The notes under the pieces: model-generated
Seen by the model: only the letters and a program-made list of their open reading frames with translations
The model's database searches: none
Told to the model about the DNA's origin: nothing
Made by a program: the position numbers and the translations under genes
Shown here: positions 10,712 to 19,909 of the stretch, in pieces
Numbering within the stretch: position 1 is the stretch's first letter
Layout of the letters: the number at the start of each line of letters is the position of its first letter
DNA from: Candidatus Woesebacteria bacterium UBA5941
Lineage (GTDB): Bacteria; Patescibacteriota; Microgenomatia; UBA8517
NCBI GenBank assembly: GCA_002430735.1
Contig: DJCV01000005.1
Span: 1 to 46,002, forward strand
DNA: 46,002 bases
Reading direction: 5' to 3'

Positions 10712-12021
10712 AATACACACCAATCATAGGACTTGAGGTCCATATTGAACAAAACACGAATTCAAAGATGTTTTGTGGCTGTTCTGCGGAGCACTTTTTA
10801 GTGAAAGCAAATACCCATGTGTGTCCCGTATGCTTAGGTCTCCCTGGAGCGCTTCCTTATGCGAATGAGAAAGCGATTGAAAATACGATTAAATTAGGAT
10901 TGGCGTTCACTTGTCGCATTGCAGAATTTAGCAAATTCGATCGAAAACACTATTTCTACCCAGATCTTCCAAAGTCATATCAAATTAGCCAGTACGACCT
11001 CCCATTTTGCGCTGAGGGAACGTTTAATAGTATTCGTATTCGTCGCATCCACCTTGAAGAAGATACCGCAAAGTTACAACACACAACGGTCGATGGGAAA
11101 AAGGTAAGCTTGGTTGATTTTAATCGAAGTGGTGTGCCACTCATTGAAATGGTAACGGAACCTGACTTTCACGATGCTGAAAGTGTTGATGTATTCCTAA
11201 AAGAAGTTCAGATGGTTGTGCGCTACTTGGGTATTTCAACTGCTGATATGGAAAAAGGATCGATGCGTCTTGAGGCAAATATTTCAGTAGCCCCAGGGGA
11301 ATTACCTATTACAGAACTCCCTTCATACAAGGTTGAGTTAAAAAACATTAATTCATTTCGATTCCTCAAAAAAGCGCTTGAGGCTGAGATCAAACGACAA
11401 ACTGAAGCGTTGGAACGTGGTGAGCGATTAATTCAAGAAACCCGTGGCTTTGATGAAAAAACAGGAAAGACTATTTCTCAGCGGGTGAAAGAAGAGGCGA
11501 GTGATTATCGATATTTTCCAGAGCCTGATTTGCCGCCAATTGTGATTGAGAAAACCGATATTGAAGCAATTAGGCATAACATGCCCGAATTTCCGGCTGC
11601 CAAGCGCGCCCGGTTTGCCGAAGAGTATCAGTTGAATAACGAGTTTATTGAAGTGTTAGTTTCCGAAAAAAGTAAAGCTGATTATTTTGAAGAAGGTGTT
11701 GAGCTTGGCAAAAAAGTTGGATTGTCACCGAAGTTTATTGCGAATGCACTGGTTAATTTGAAACTCTCTGAAAACATGGATGTGGCAGCATTTATTAAAA
11801 AACTATACGAAGAAACAAAGGTTGCATATGCAACACATGAAGAGACTGAACGTGCAATACACGCAGTACTTGTTGCAAACGAAGATGCTGTCGCTAAATA
11901 TAAAAACGGAAAGGTCGAAATTGTTGGATTCTTAATTGGGCAGACGCAAAAAGAATTGAAAGGAAAAGGGGATCCGAAGTTACTTCCACAACTTATCACA
12001 TCTCAGCTTCAAAAAAAGTAG
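10708..12021 (+). CDS. gatB: Asp/Glu-tRNA amidotransferase subunit B
   Basis: IGLEVH, CPVCLGLPGALP, YFYPDLPK, DFNRSGVPLIE, YRYFPEPDLPP. Confidence 0.97.
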   Translation: MKYTPIIGLEVHIEQNTNSKMFCGCSAEHFLVKANTHVCPVCLGLPGALPYANEKAIENTIKLGLAFTCRIAEFSKFDRKHYFYPDLPKSYQISQYDLPFCAEGTFNSIRIRRIHLEEDTAKLQHTTVDGKKVSLVDFNRSGVPLIEMVTEPDFHDAESVDVFLKEVQMVVRYLGISTADMEKGSMRLEANISVAPGELPITELPSYKVELKNINSFRFLKKALEAEIKRQTEALERGERLIQETRGFDEKTGKTISQRVKEEASDYRYFPEPDLPPIVIEKTDIEAIRHNMPEFPAAKRARFAEEYQLNNEFIEVLVSEKSKADYFEEGVELGKKVGLSPKFIANALVNLKLSENMDVAAFIKKLYEETKVAYATHEETERAIHAVLVANEDAVAKYKNGKVEIVGFLIGQTQKELKGKGDPKLLPQLITSQLQKK

Positions 12022-12034
12022 TATAGTAGTCTAC

Positions 12035-12207
12035 CGATCATTACCTGTTTAAGGAGTACACAATTGCTTTCGCAAAAGATCTCTCTTTACGCAATGTGGG
12101 TGAAGCAAGGATGTTCACCGCAACAAATACAGAAGCTCTCGTTGAGAATTGAGCGGGTGTATAAAAGACGAAGTATGAGAAGAACTCGCAGAACAGGCAA
12201 ATAATCG
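12035..12207 (+). ncRNA. Candidate structured ncRNA of about 175 nt (6S-like size, family unassigned)
   Basis: TATAGT -10 at 12022-27; nested pairings CGAT/ATCG, CCTGTTT/GAACAGG, GAGT/ACTC, TGCTTTCG/CGAAGTA, TCTTTACGC/GTGTATAAAAGA and two apical hairpins; no ORF in the supplied track; terminator follows. Confidence 0.6.
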
Positions 12208-12211
12208 CATG

Positions 12212-12238
12212 GGGTAGGACATTCGTGTCCTGCCCTTT
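12212..12238. terminator. Terminator hairpin with UUCG loop between the ncRNA candidate and lexA
   Basis: GGGTAGGACA-TTCG-TGTCCTGCCC-TTT. Confidence 0.8.
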
Positions 12239-12863
12239 AATTTTGTTGATACCGCCTGATAAGGCCTACGACTCGCCCCTGTATTGTTACGTTTTTAACG
12301 AATATTGGGCTCATGGTTGAGTTCGCTGGTTCAAGTCGAATCCGAGTTGCTTCTTTGTAATATCGTTTTAACGTTGCCATTCCGTTATCAAGCATTGCAA
12401 CAACGATTTGACCATCCCTGGCTTGGTTTGTTTCTTCAATAACGACATAATCCCCATCACTAATTTGCGCTTCAATCATGCTGTCTCCTCTGACTTGCAG
12501 GACATATACGCGTTTTCGCCCAGTTAACATATCTGGTGGAATGTTCATCCGTGCGTTTGGATCAGTATGGGCTTCAATTGGTTGACCTGCTGCGATAAAG
12601 CCTAAGACTGGAGCAGTTACTACTTTATCTGAAACATAATCAACTTCATCCGTGTTAAGCTCAATAGAACGTTTGTGCCCTTTGTTTCGATCGATTAATC
12701 CTAAGTTTCGAAGTGTCTCTAAATGCTCATGCACCGTGGCGATAGAACTTAAGCCCATGGCATCTGCGATTTGTCGAAGTGTTGGCGCAACACCGTTTTG
12801 TTGAATGTATTGAGTAACGAAGTCTAAGACCTGTTTTTGTCTCTTATAAAGTACTGGGGCCAT
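12237..12863 (-). CDS. lexA: LexA SOS repressor
   Basis: wHTH APTLRQIA; Ala-Gly cleavage site IAAG; catalytic GDSM and TLKR; start at the ATG 6 nt after TATAAA. Confidence 0.96.
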   Translation of the reverse strand: MAPVLYKRQKQVLDFVTQYIQQNGVAPTLRQIADAMGLSSIATVHEHLETLRNLGLIDRNKGHKRSIELNTDEVDYVSDKVVTAPVLGFIAAGQPIEAHTDPNARMNIPPDMLTGRKRVYVLQVRGDSMIEAQISDGDYVVIEETNQARDGQIVVAMLDNGMATLKRYYKEATRIRLEPANSTMSPIFVKNVTIQGRVVGLIRRYQQN

Positions 12864-12874
12864 GAATAATTTAT

Positions 12875-12930
12875 ACAAATAAAACCCGAACGAGTCAAGA
12901 GGTGAATTTCAGCTTTTGTTCGGGTAAAAT
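12875..12930. promoter_or_regulatory. Divergent lexA/uvrB promoters with candidate LexA boxes
   Basis: ACAAATAAAACCCGAA (12875-90) lies in the lexA TTGACT-17-TATAAA promoter; TTCAG-N6-TTCGG (12908-23) is just before the uvrB -10 TAAAAT (12925-30). Confidence 0.7.
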
Positions 12931-12939
12931 GAACTCTAT

Positions 12940-14961
12940 ATGAAACGATTTGAACTAAAATCACGATTTTCTGCCGTTGGTGACCAGATTGATGCGATAC
13001 AAACATTGTCAGAAGGAATTGAGAAAAAAACTCCTTATCAAACACTGCTCGGAGTGACCGGTTCAGGAAAGACGTTTACCATGGCAAACGTTATTCAAAA
13101 GACTCAAAAGCCAGCCCTTATTATTTCTCACAATAAAACACTTGCTGCTCAACTCTACCAAGAGTTCCGTGATTTCTTTCCAGATAACGCCGTTAGTTAC
13201 TTTGTCAGCTATTACGATTACTATCAGCCTGAAGCGTATATCCCATCAACCGACACCTACATTGAAAAAGATTCTGATGTAAACGATTTAATCGATAAAT
13301 TGCGTCTTGCTGCAACAACGAACCTCCTTACTCGAAATGACACCATTGTTATTGCGTCGGTCAGTTGTATTTATAACATCGGTTCTCCAAAGGAGTACGG
13401 AAATTTCGTCTTTGAAGCAATGACTGGAATGAAAATTGCCAGAGAGCAAATTATTACGCGACTGGTTGATCTCCAGTATGAGAGAGGTGAGTTTGGCTTC
13501 CATAGAGGAACATTCCGCGTGAGAGGTGATGCGATTGAAGTCTATCCAGCATACCAAGATATTGGTATTACATTCGAATTATTAGGGGACCAAATTACTG
13601 CAATTTATGCATTTGATCCAATTACGGGTGCACTACAAAACAATGGACAATCAATGGATAACTTTATTTTATATCCAGCGAAACATTTTATGACTGATCC
13701 AACAAAGAGTATGGATGTGATGGCTCAAATTGAAAAAGACCTCGCTGAGCGAGTTGCATTTTTTAAGTCCCAAGGAAAGGAACTTGAAGCACACCGGTTG
13801 CATCAGAAAGTAACGTATGAAATGGAGATGCTGCGGGAAGTGGGATACGTAAAAGGAATAGAGAATTATTCACGCTACTTTGACGGACGCAAGCCAGGTG
13901 ACTCACCGAACACATTACTTGAATATTTCTGGGAAGCGTATGGAGATGATTGGACAGTGTTTGTGGATGAAAGCCATATTACCTTCCCTCAGATTCGTGG
14001 GATGTACGCAGGAGACTTAGCTCGAAAACGAACGCTCGTTGATTATGGATTCCGATTGCCTGCTGCGTTTGATAACAGGCCGATGATGTTTGAGGAGTTT
14101 ATGCGTCGCATTCCTAATTTCATTGCAGTGTCTGCCACCCCTTCCGAATGGGAGTTGTCATTAAGCGAAGGCAAGGTTGTTCAGCAGTTGGTGCGTCCAA
14201 CAGGTATTCCAGATCCAGAGGTTGAAATTCGCCCCACTAAGAATCAAGTTGCGGATGTCATTGATGAGGTGAAAAAGCGAGTTGAAAAACATGAGCGAAC
14301 ACTTATTACAACTCTCACCAAAAGAACAGCTGAAGACCTCGCTGAATTTATGCAAAATCAAGGAATTAAAGTGCATTACTTGCATTCTGATGTGAACACG
14401 CTTGATCGAACGGACATCTTAGATGACCTTCGAGCAGGGAGATACGATGCCCTGATTGGTATTAATTTGCTTCGTGAAGGATTGGATCTGCCTGAAGTTT
14501 CGTTGGTGGCAATTCTTGATGCTGACAAAGAAGGATTTTTGCGAAGTGACGTTGCCCTTATTCAAACCATGGGTCGCGCAGCTCGCCACATTGAAGGACG
14601 AGTGATTTTGTACGCCGATCGAGAGACTGGTTCTATGCAGCGCGCGCTTGATGAAGTGAGACGACGACGTGCGTATCAGATTGAAATGAATAAGAAGCAC
14701 GGTATCACTCCAATGAAAATTGACAAACCAATTCGCGAAAAATTGGTCGATCGAGATGTTCCTGATGAAGAAGAATTTATTTGGAAGAGCAAACATCCGG
14801 GATTTGATACGATGCCAAATATTGAAGTTGAAGGGTTAACTCCGATGGATAAAAAGCGGTTAGCTAAAAACTTGCGTCGTGAGATGAAGCTTGCGGCAGA
14901 CGACTTAAACTTTGAGTTAGCTGCGCGTATTCGTGACAAAATTCGCGAATTGGAATCGTAA
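12940..14961 (+). CDS. uvrB: Excinuclease ABC subunit B
   Basis: GVTGSGKT, HNKTLAAQLY, YFVSYYDYYQPEAY, DESH, LLREGLD, C-terminal FELAARIRD UVR domain. Confidence 0.98.
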   Translation: MKRFELKSRFSAVGDQIDAIQTLSEGIEKKTPYQTLLGVTGSGKTFTMANVIQKTQKPALIISHNKTLAAQLYQEFRDFFPDNAVSYFVSYYDYYQPEAYIPSTDTYIEKDSDVNDLIDKLRLAATTNLLTRNDTIVIASVSCIYNIGSPKEYGNFVFEAMTGMKIAREQIITRLVDLQYERGEFGFHRGTFRVRGDAIEVYPAYQDIGITFELLGDQITAIYAFDPITGALQNNGQSMDNFILYPAKHFMTDPTKSMDVMAQIEKDLAERVAFFKSQGKELEAHRLHQKVTYEMEMLREVGYVKGIENYSRYFDGRKPGDSPNTLLEYFWEAYGDDWTVFVDESHITFPQIRGMYAGDLARKRTLVDYGFRLPAAFDNRPMMFEEFMRRIPNFIAVSATPSEWELSLSEGKVVQQLVRPTGIPDPEVEIRPTKNQVADVIDEVKKRVEKHERTLITTLTKRTAEDLAEFMQNQGIKVHYLHSDVNTLDRTDILDDLRAGRYDALIGINLLREGLDLPEVSLVAILDADKEGFLRSDVALIQTMGRAARHIEGRVILYADRETGSMQRALDEVRRRRAYQIEMNKKHGITPMKIDKPIREKLVDRDVPDEEEFIWKSKHPGFDTMPNIEVEGLTPMDKKRLAKNLRREMKLAADDLNFELAARIRDKIRELES

Positions 14962-15519
14962 CTAGGTCTGATCATCCAGGTTTTTCGCTGCTGGGGGTGG
15001 TTCAGTTTTCTTTCCAAATTCTTTTTTTCCCCACCGCCATGGCATGAGATATCGTAACTTTTCACTCCAGCGAGCAGCTTCTTTTTCTTGGCTTTGTTCA
15101 TATTCTTCTTCTGTTCTCCACAGATTTACATGCGAGACACTTTGAATAAGGGCTTCTTGTGCTTTCTCTTTTTGGCGAAGAATTTCTTGTTCGTTTGCAA
15201 TACGGTTATCGGTAATCGCCTGCAGAGCATCTGCCTTCACTTTTTCCTTTACTGCTTGAGGGATTTTATACATTGGATCAGTTTCAATTGGAGGAGGTGC
15301 CAGGGGAGAGGCTGGTTCAGTAACTTTTTGAACAACCGCTTTCTCTGCCATATCCACGGGTACCCCAACTTCGCGCAATGCAGAAACTGCTTCCTTTGCT
15401 TTAAGTCCCGCTTGACCATATTTGCCGTCAAAGAACGGTTCAGCCCTACGGAACTCTTCCATTTGTTGACCTCTTTCAAGGGCCACTTTTTCAAAACGGC
15501 TATTTTGATCCTCTGACAT
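14962..15519 (-). CDS. Hypothetical charged helical protein
   Basis: About 185-aa ORF; ATG 6 nt after TATAGT. Confidence 0.7.
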   Translation of the reverse strand: MSEDQNSRFEKVALERGQQMEEFRRAEPFFDGKYGQAGLKAKEAVSALREVGVPVDMAEKAVVQKVTEPASPLAPPPIETDPMYKIPQAVKEKVKADALQAITDNRIANEQEILRQKEKAQEALIQSVSHVNLWRTEEEYEQSQEKEAARWSEKLRYLMPWRWGKKEFGKKTEPPPAAKNLDDQT

Positions 15520-15575
15520 ACACATACTATACAGAGGATATTTGAGTAATAACAACATCGATGCTATTATCGGCT

Positions 15576-15754
15576 GCAGTTTAGATACAGTGCGTGCATT
15601 GGCTTGTAAACGCTGACTATGTCAGGGCCCCCTAATGCTGCACTCAACTTGGGTGTTGGCAGTGCAGCCGCTAATCTACTGGTGAAGCACGCCCTTGTAT
15701 CTACCTCTGCCCTGCTGTCCCCGCTGACACAATTGTTAGTGGGGATTCTTTTTT
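15576..15754 (+). ncRNA. Candidate multi-branched structured ncRNA with its own promoter and intrinsic terminator
   Basis: TTGAGT-17-TATTAT promoter (15542-70); stems GCAG/CTGC, TAGATACAG/TTGTATCTA, GCGTGC/GCACGC, ATTGGC/GCTAAT, CTGAC/GTCAG, GCTGCACT/AGTGCAGC; terminator 15718-54. Confidence 0.65.
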
Positions 15755-15793
15755 GCTTGTTACCTTCGTTCCATTTATTCATATAATACGGAT

Positions 15794-16366
15794 ATGACGA
15801 GAAGACATACGACAACAACAGTTCCGTTGATAGGAATTGTATTACTGGTCATTGTTTCAGCATTCGTCTTTTCACGGCAGAATGGAGGATCTTTTCTTAC
15901 TGAACCAACTCCATCCCCTCGACCAGTGATTAGTTGTCCTAAAACTGGACCCTTAAACAAAAATGATTACTTGCCGACTTATACTGTCGTTGAAGGGGAT
16001 ACTCTGCAAAATATCGCAGAGAAACAGCTTCGAGATAAAACACGAGACCTCGAAATTATTCATTTAAATGAAGAACGATATGCTGGACTCCAGGGCAATA
16101 CTCCCTTTATCGAAATTGGGTGGAAACTGGCATTACCACCGAAGGAATCAACGAAAACAAATGGATATATTTTCGCGGTGGGTGGAGCATATACAAAACA
16201 ACGAGACGGGTGGAGTGTTGAGTGGACTGAACAAGGGACGAGTGTCTTTTCAAAGCAATCCTTCCCTGAAGGAATTGAAGATGGAACTTGTGTAATTCTT
16301 GTGTACCAGGAAAATGATCCCGCAACGAAAGAAGGACTTCAATTATTCACCATCGCAAAGCAATAG
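15794..16366 (+). CDS. Membrane-anchored LysM domain protein
   Basis: N-terminal TM; YTVVEGDTLQNIAEKQL...IIHLN...IEIGWKLALP. Confidence 0.85.
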   Translation: MTRRHTTTTVPLIGIVLLVIVSAFVFSRQNGGSFLTEPTPSPRPVISCPKTGPLNKNDYLPTYTVVEGDTLQNIAEKQLRDKTRDLEIIHLNEERYAGLQGNTPFIEIGWKLALPPKESTKTNGYIFAVGGAYTKQRDGWSVEWTEQGTSVFSKQSFPEGIEDGTCVILVYQENDPATKEGLQLFTIAKQ

Positions 16367-16442
16367 TTTAAGACCCATAATATTTACTTTTTGAGGGAAA
16401 AGTGATATATTATTGCTATAGTCAGGATTAAAAGGAGTTCAA

Positions 16443-16772
16443 GTGAACGCGTTAAAGACTTTGCTCGATGAACATGCAGACAAGTTCATGATTGGTGCAG
16501 TCGTTGTATGCACTATTGTCATTATGATTGCAGTCGCCGGTGGTATTAAACCGACCACGCATAAGTGGACAGCGACCTATTGTCTGGATACCCCTTGCAC
16601 AGGTCAGTCAGCAATGGTGCATAAAGAGGGTTACTCTAACGGGGAAGCAGCTCAATCATGTCCGCCGACGACGAATGTCGGCAAGGGTAGTATAAAAATA
16701 GGTACATTCTCTGTACCTATATTCGACACCTACACACTCATACCCGACACTTGCGTAGTCGTGAAGCAATAG
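16443..16772 (+). CDS. Hypothetical single-TM protein with four extracytoplasmic Cys
   Basis: AAGGAG SD plus GTG start, own TTTACT-17-TATATT promoter, terminator. Confidence 0.7.
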   Translation: MNALKTLLDEHADKFMIGAVVVCTIVIMIAVAGGIKPTTHKWTATYCLDTPCTGQSAMVHKEGYSNGEAAQSCPPTTNVGKGSIKIGTFSVPIFDTYTLIPDTCVVVKQ

Positions 16773-16784
16773 TCAAGCATCGTT

Positions 16785-16813
16785 GGGGGGCATTACAAAT
16801 GCCTCCTTTTTTT
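16785..16813 (+). terminator. Intrinsic terminator
   Basis: GGGGGCAT/ATGCCTCC stem followed by T7. Confidence 0.85.
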
Positions 16814-16917
16814 GTCCCAAAATTTCTTTACAAACAGTAATCAGGTGTTATTATGTTTGTGGCCTGAGTCTTAGAGCGTACATACTGCGTACCTATCACT
16901 CAGGAACTTCCTGCCAC

Positions 16918-16948
16918 ACATATAAAACCCGAATAGTTGTAGTATAAT
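16918..16948 (+). promoter_or_regulatory. uvrA promoter with candidate LexA box
   Basis: ACATATAAAACCCGAA (16918-33) is 15/16 identical to the site in the lexA promoter; TATAAT at 16943-48. Confidence 0.72.
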
Positions 16949-16956
16949 AATCATTC

Positions 16957-19872
16957 ATGGATCAATTTATTAGAGTGCGTGGAGCACGCCAACACAACCT
17001 CAAAAACATAGATCTCGACATTCCCAAAAACAAACTTGTTGTTTTCACTGGGGTGTCTGGAAGTGGAAAAAGCTCAATTGCTTTTGACACGATTTATGCT
17101 GAAGGACAGAGACGGTACGTCGAGTCCCTTTCAACCTATGCACGCCAATTTTTGGGCATCATGGGTAAACCTGACGTGGATTTAATTGAAGGATTATCCC
17201 CGGCTATCTCAATTGATCAAAAAACAGTTTCTCATAATCCTCGTTCAACCGTTGGAACTGTAACTGAAGTGTATGACTACATGCGATTACTCTTTGCGCG
17301 GCTCGGTCATCCGCACTGTCCAATTTGTGGACGAGAAATTGCGAGTCAAAGCTTAGAGCAAATTGTAGGGAAAGCATCGGTCATGATTGAAGAGACCGTT
17401 AAAAAGGAAAAGACTGGTCGGTACTTAGTTATCGCACCACTCGTGAAAGATAGAAAAGGTGAATTTAATTCATTGTTTGAGAACTTAAAAGCAAAAGGAT
17501 ACCGCCGCGTGAGAGTAGACGGAAAAGTCTTTGATTTAAGCGATGACTTTGTCCTCATGAAAACAAACAAACACACAATCGACTGTATTATTGATCGGTT
17601 GTCATTCACCGAAAGCGATTTAAAAGATGATGTGCAGCGCAAAAATTTAATAGGTCGATTGAGCGACTCAATGGGGCAAGCGCTTTCATTAAGTGATGGG
17701 TTAGTGATCTTGAGTCGAGTGAAAGACTCTGGATTTGAAATGCCAGATCGCCCGACCATGATGGAAGATCATTTGTTTAGTGAAAAATTTAGCTGTCCCG
17801 TGGACAACATTCAGCTTCCTGAAATTGAACCACGCACATTCTCGTTTAATTCTCCTCACGGTGCGTGTCCTGAATGTACTGGATTGGGAAAAGTACTGCG
17901 AGTGAATGAGTCACAAATGTTCCTGCCGGAAATTTCGATCCGTGAAGGGGGAATTCTCCCGTTTTCAAGTATTTTTGAGCATGATACGTGGCTTTCTCGT
18001 CTTATTCTTGCCGTGTGTGATGAACATGGTATTAACTCAAGCACTCCAACCAAAAATTTGAGTGATGAAGACCGAGAGTTACTTTTGAATGGAACGGGAG
18101 AGCAGGAATATGAAGTGCAGGGAACGAATCGTTTTGGAAAAACGACGAGAATTTATGAAACCTTTTCTGGAATTAAAGGTGAGCTGATGCGCCGGTATAA
18201 GGAAAGTGAGAGCGACTACATTAAGGCGAGTATCGAAAAATACATGCAAGAAACAGTTTGTCCTGTGTGTATGGGTGCACGGCTCAAGAAAGAAGCAACG
18301 TCGATTACCATTGATAACAAACCGATTAATGAAGTGAGTGACATGACTATCACACATGCTTTGAACTGGTGTTCTCGTTTGCATGAAGGAACCGTATTAA
18401 GTGGGCGAGAACGAGAAATTGGAACAATGATCCTAAAAGAAATTACCAGTCGATTAACCTTCCTTACTGATGTTGGGTTGGAATACTTAACTATTTCTCG
18501 CGGTGCTGACACATTATCTGGAGGTGAGGCACAACGCATTCGATTAGCTTCTCAAATTGGATCAGGATTAACCGGTGTACTCTATGTACTAGATGAACCA
18601 ACGATTGGTCTCCACCCTCGTGATAACGATAAATTAATTCAAACGTTACGAAAGCTTCGTGATTTGGGGAATTCTGTGATTGTTGTAGAACACGACAAGG
18701 ACGTTATGAAAGCAGCCGATTACATTTTTGATTTTGGACCAGAAGCGGGGAAACATGGGGGAATGGCGATCGCAAGTGGAGAGCCAATGGAATTGCACAA
18801 ACAAAAACAATCGGTAACAGGTCCATATCTATCAGGTAAAAAGCAAATTACCTTTGCGCCAACAAAGCTTGTTGAAAATAAAGGGTCACTTGTCCTCAAA
18901 GGTGCGCACGGATTTAATTTAAAAGATGTTGATCTTTCTATTCCGCTTGGAAAATTCGTTGCAGTAACCGGTGTTTCTGGAAGTGGGAAATCGTCCTTGG
19001 TTGTTGAGACCCTGTATCATGCCGTTGCAAAAGCAACGAGTCGTGAGCATCGGGAAGAAGGGCTTCCTTATAAAGAACTAATTGGCGACAAATTAATCGA
19101 TAAAGTGATTATGATTGATCAGTCTCCAATCGGACGAACTCCGCGGAGTAATCCTGCAACGTACACAAAAGTCTTTGACTTAGTTCGAGATGTGTTTGCA
19201 ACAACGAGGGAAGCAAAAATTTTAGGATTTAAAAAAGGGAGATTTTCCTTCAACGTTAAAGGTGGTCGATGTGAATCGTGTGAAGGGCAAGGGCAAGTAA
19301 AAATTGAGATGCAATTTATGCCTGACATTTGGGTAGCCTGTGAAGTATGTAAAGGCGCTCGGTTTAATAGTCAGACGCTTGAAGTCTTGTACCGCGGAAA
19401 AAACATTGCTGAGGTTTTGAAGATGACAATTGCTGAGGCACTGGAGTTTTTCAGTGTACACCCGAATATTTTGGTGAAATTGGAAACACTTGCGGCAGTG
19501 GGGCTTACCTATATGGAGCTTGGACAGGCGGCCACAACACTCTCAGGAGGGGAGGCGCAACGGGTTAAACTGGCTACAGAACTCGCACGACGAGGGACGG
19601 GGAAAACCTTATACATCTTAGATGAACCAACAACAGGGCTGCATTTTAAGGATCTTGAAAAACTGATGGGGGTTTTAAAGATCTTGGTTGAGCGAGGGAA
19701 CACGGTTCTTGTCGTTGAACATAACTTGGATGTTATTAAAAACGCTGACTGGATAATTGATTTAGGCCCAGAAGGAGGAGAAGGCGGAGGGCGAATTATT
19801 GCAGAAGGAACTCCAAAAGAAATTATTAAAAACAAGGAAAGTATTACTGGTCAGTACTTAGCTCGTGAATAA
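16957..19872 (+). CDS. uvrA: Excinuclease ABC subunit A
   Basis: GARQHNLKN, two GVSGSGKSS, zinc-finger CxxC pairs, two LSGGEAQR. Confidence 0.98.
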   Translation: MDQFIRVRGARQHNLKNIDLDIPKNKLVVFTGVSGSGKSSIAFDTIYAEGQRRYVESLSTYARQFLGIMGKPDVDLIEGLSPAISIDQKTVSHNPRSTVGTVTEVYDYMRLLFARLGHPHCPICGREIASQSLEQIVGKASVMIEETVKKEKTGRYLVIAPLVKDRKGEFNSLFENLKAKGYRRVRVDGKVFDLSDDFVLMKTNKHTIDCIIDRLSFTESDLKDDVQRKNLIGRLSDSMGQALSLSDGLVILSRVKDSGFEMPDRPTMMEDHLFSEKFSCPVDNIQLPEIEPRTFSFNSPHGACPECTGLGKVLRVNESQMFLPEISIREGGILPFSSIFEHDTWLSRLILAVCDEHGINSSTPTKNLSDEDRELLLNGTGEQEYEVQGTNRFGKTTRIYETFSGIKGELMRRYKESESDYIKASIEKYMQETVCPVCMGARLKKEATSITIDNKPINEVSDMTITHALNWCSRLHEGTVLSGREREIGTMILKEITSRLTFLTDVGLEYLTISRGADTLSGGEAQRIRLASQIGSGLTGVLYVLDEPTIGLHPRDNDKLIQTLRKLRDLGNSVIVVEHDKDVMKAADYIFDFGPEAGKHGGMAIASGEPMELHKQKQSVTGPYLSGKKQITFAPTKLVENKGSLVLKGAHGFNLKDVDLSIPLGKFVAVTGVSGSGKSSLVVETLYHAVAKATSREHREEGLPYKELIGDKLIDKVIMIDQSPIGRTPRSNPATYTKVFDLVRDVFATTREAKILGFKKGRFSFNVKGGRCESCEGQGQVKIEMQFMPDIWVACEVCKGARFNSQTLEVLYRGKNIAEVLKMTIAEALEFFSVHPNILVKLETLAAVGLTYMELGQAATTLSGGEAQRVKLATELARRGTGKTLYILDEPTTGLHFKDLEKLMGVLKILVERGNTVLVVEHNLDVIKNADWIIDLGPEGGEGGGRIIAEGTPKEIIKNKESITGQYLARE

Positions 19873-19909
19873 TCACATATTGAAAAGAATGGCTGGTACA
19901 ATAGAGTGC

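Noticed and set aside
15576-15710. Assignment to SRP, RNase P, tmRNA, hammerhead or twister
   Set aside because: Required conserved motifs are missing or out of order (no GGAA-loop SRP domain, no GAGGAAAGUCC, no CUGANGA plus GAAA core)
15567-15818. 83-aa minus-strand ORF over the ncRNA candidate
   Set aside because: No recognisable protein features; promoter, G-U pairing and terminator all favour a plus-strand RNA
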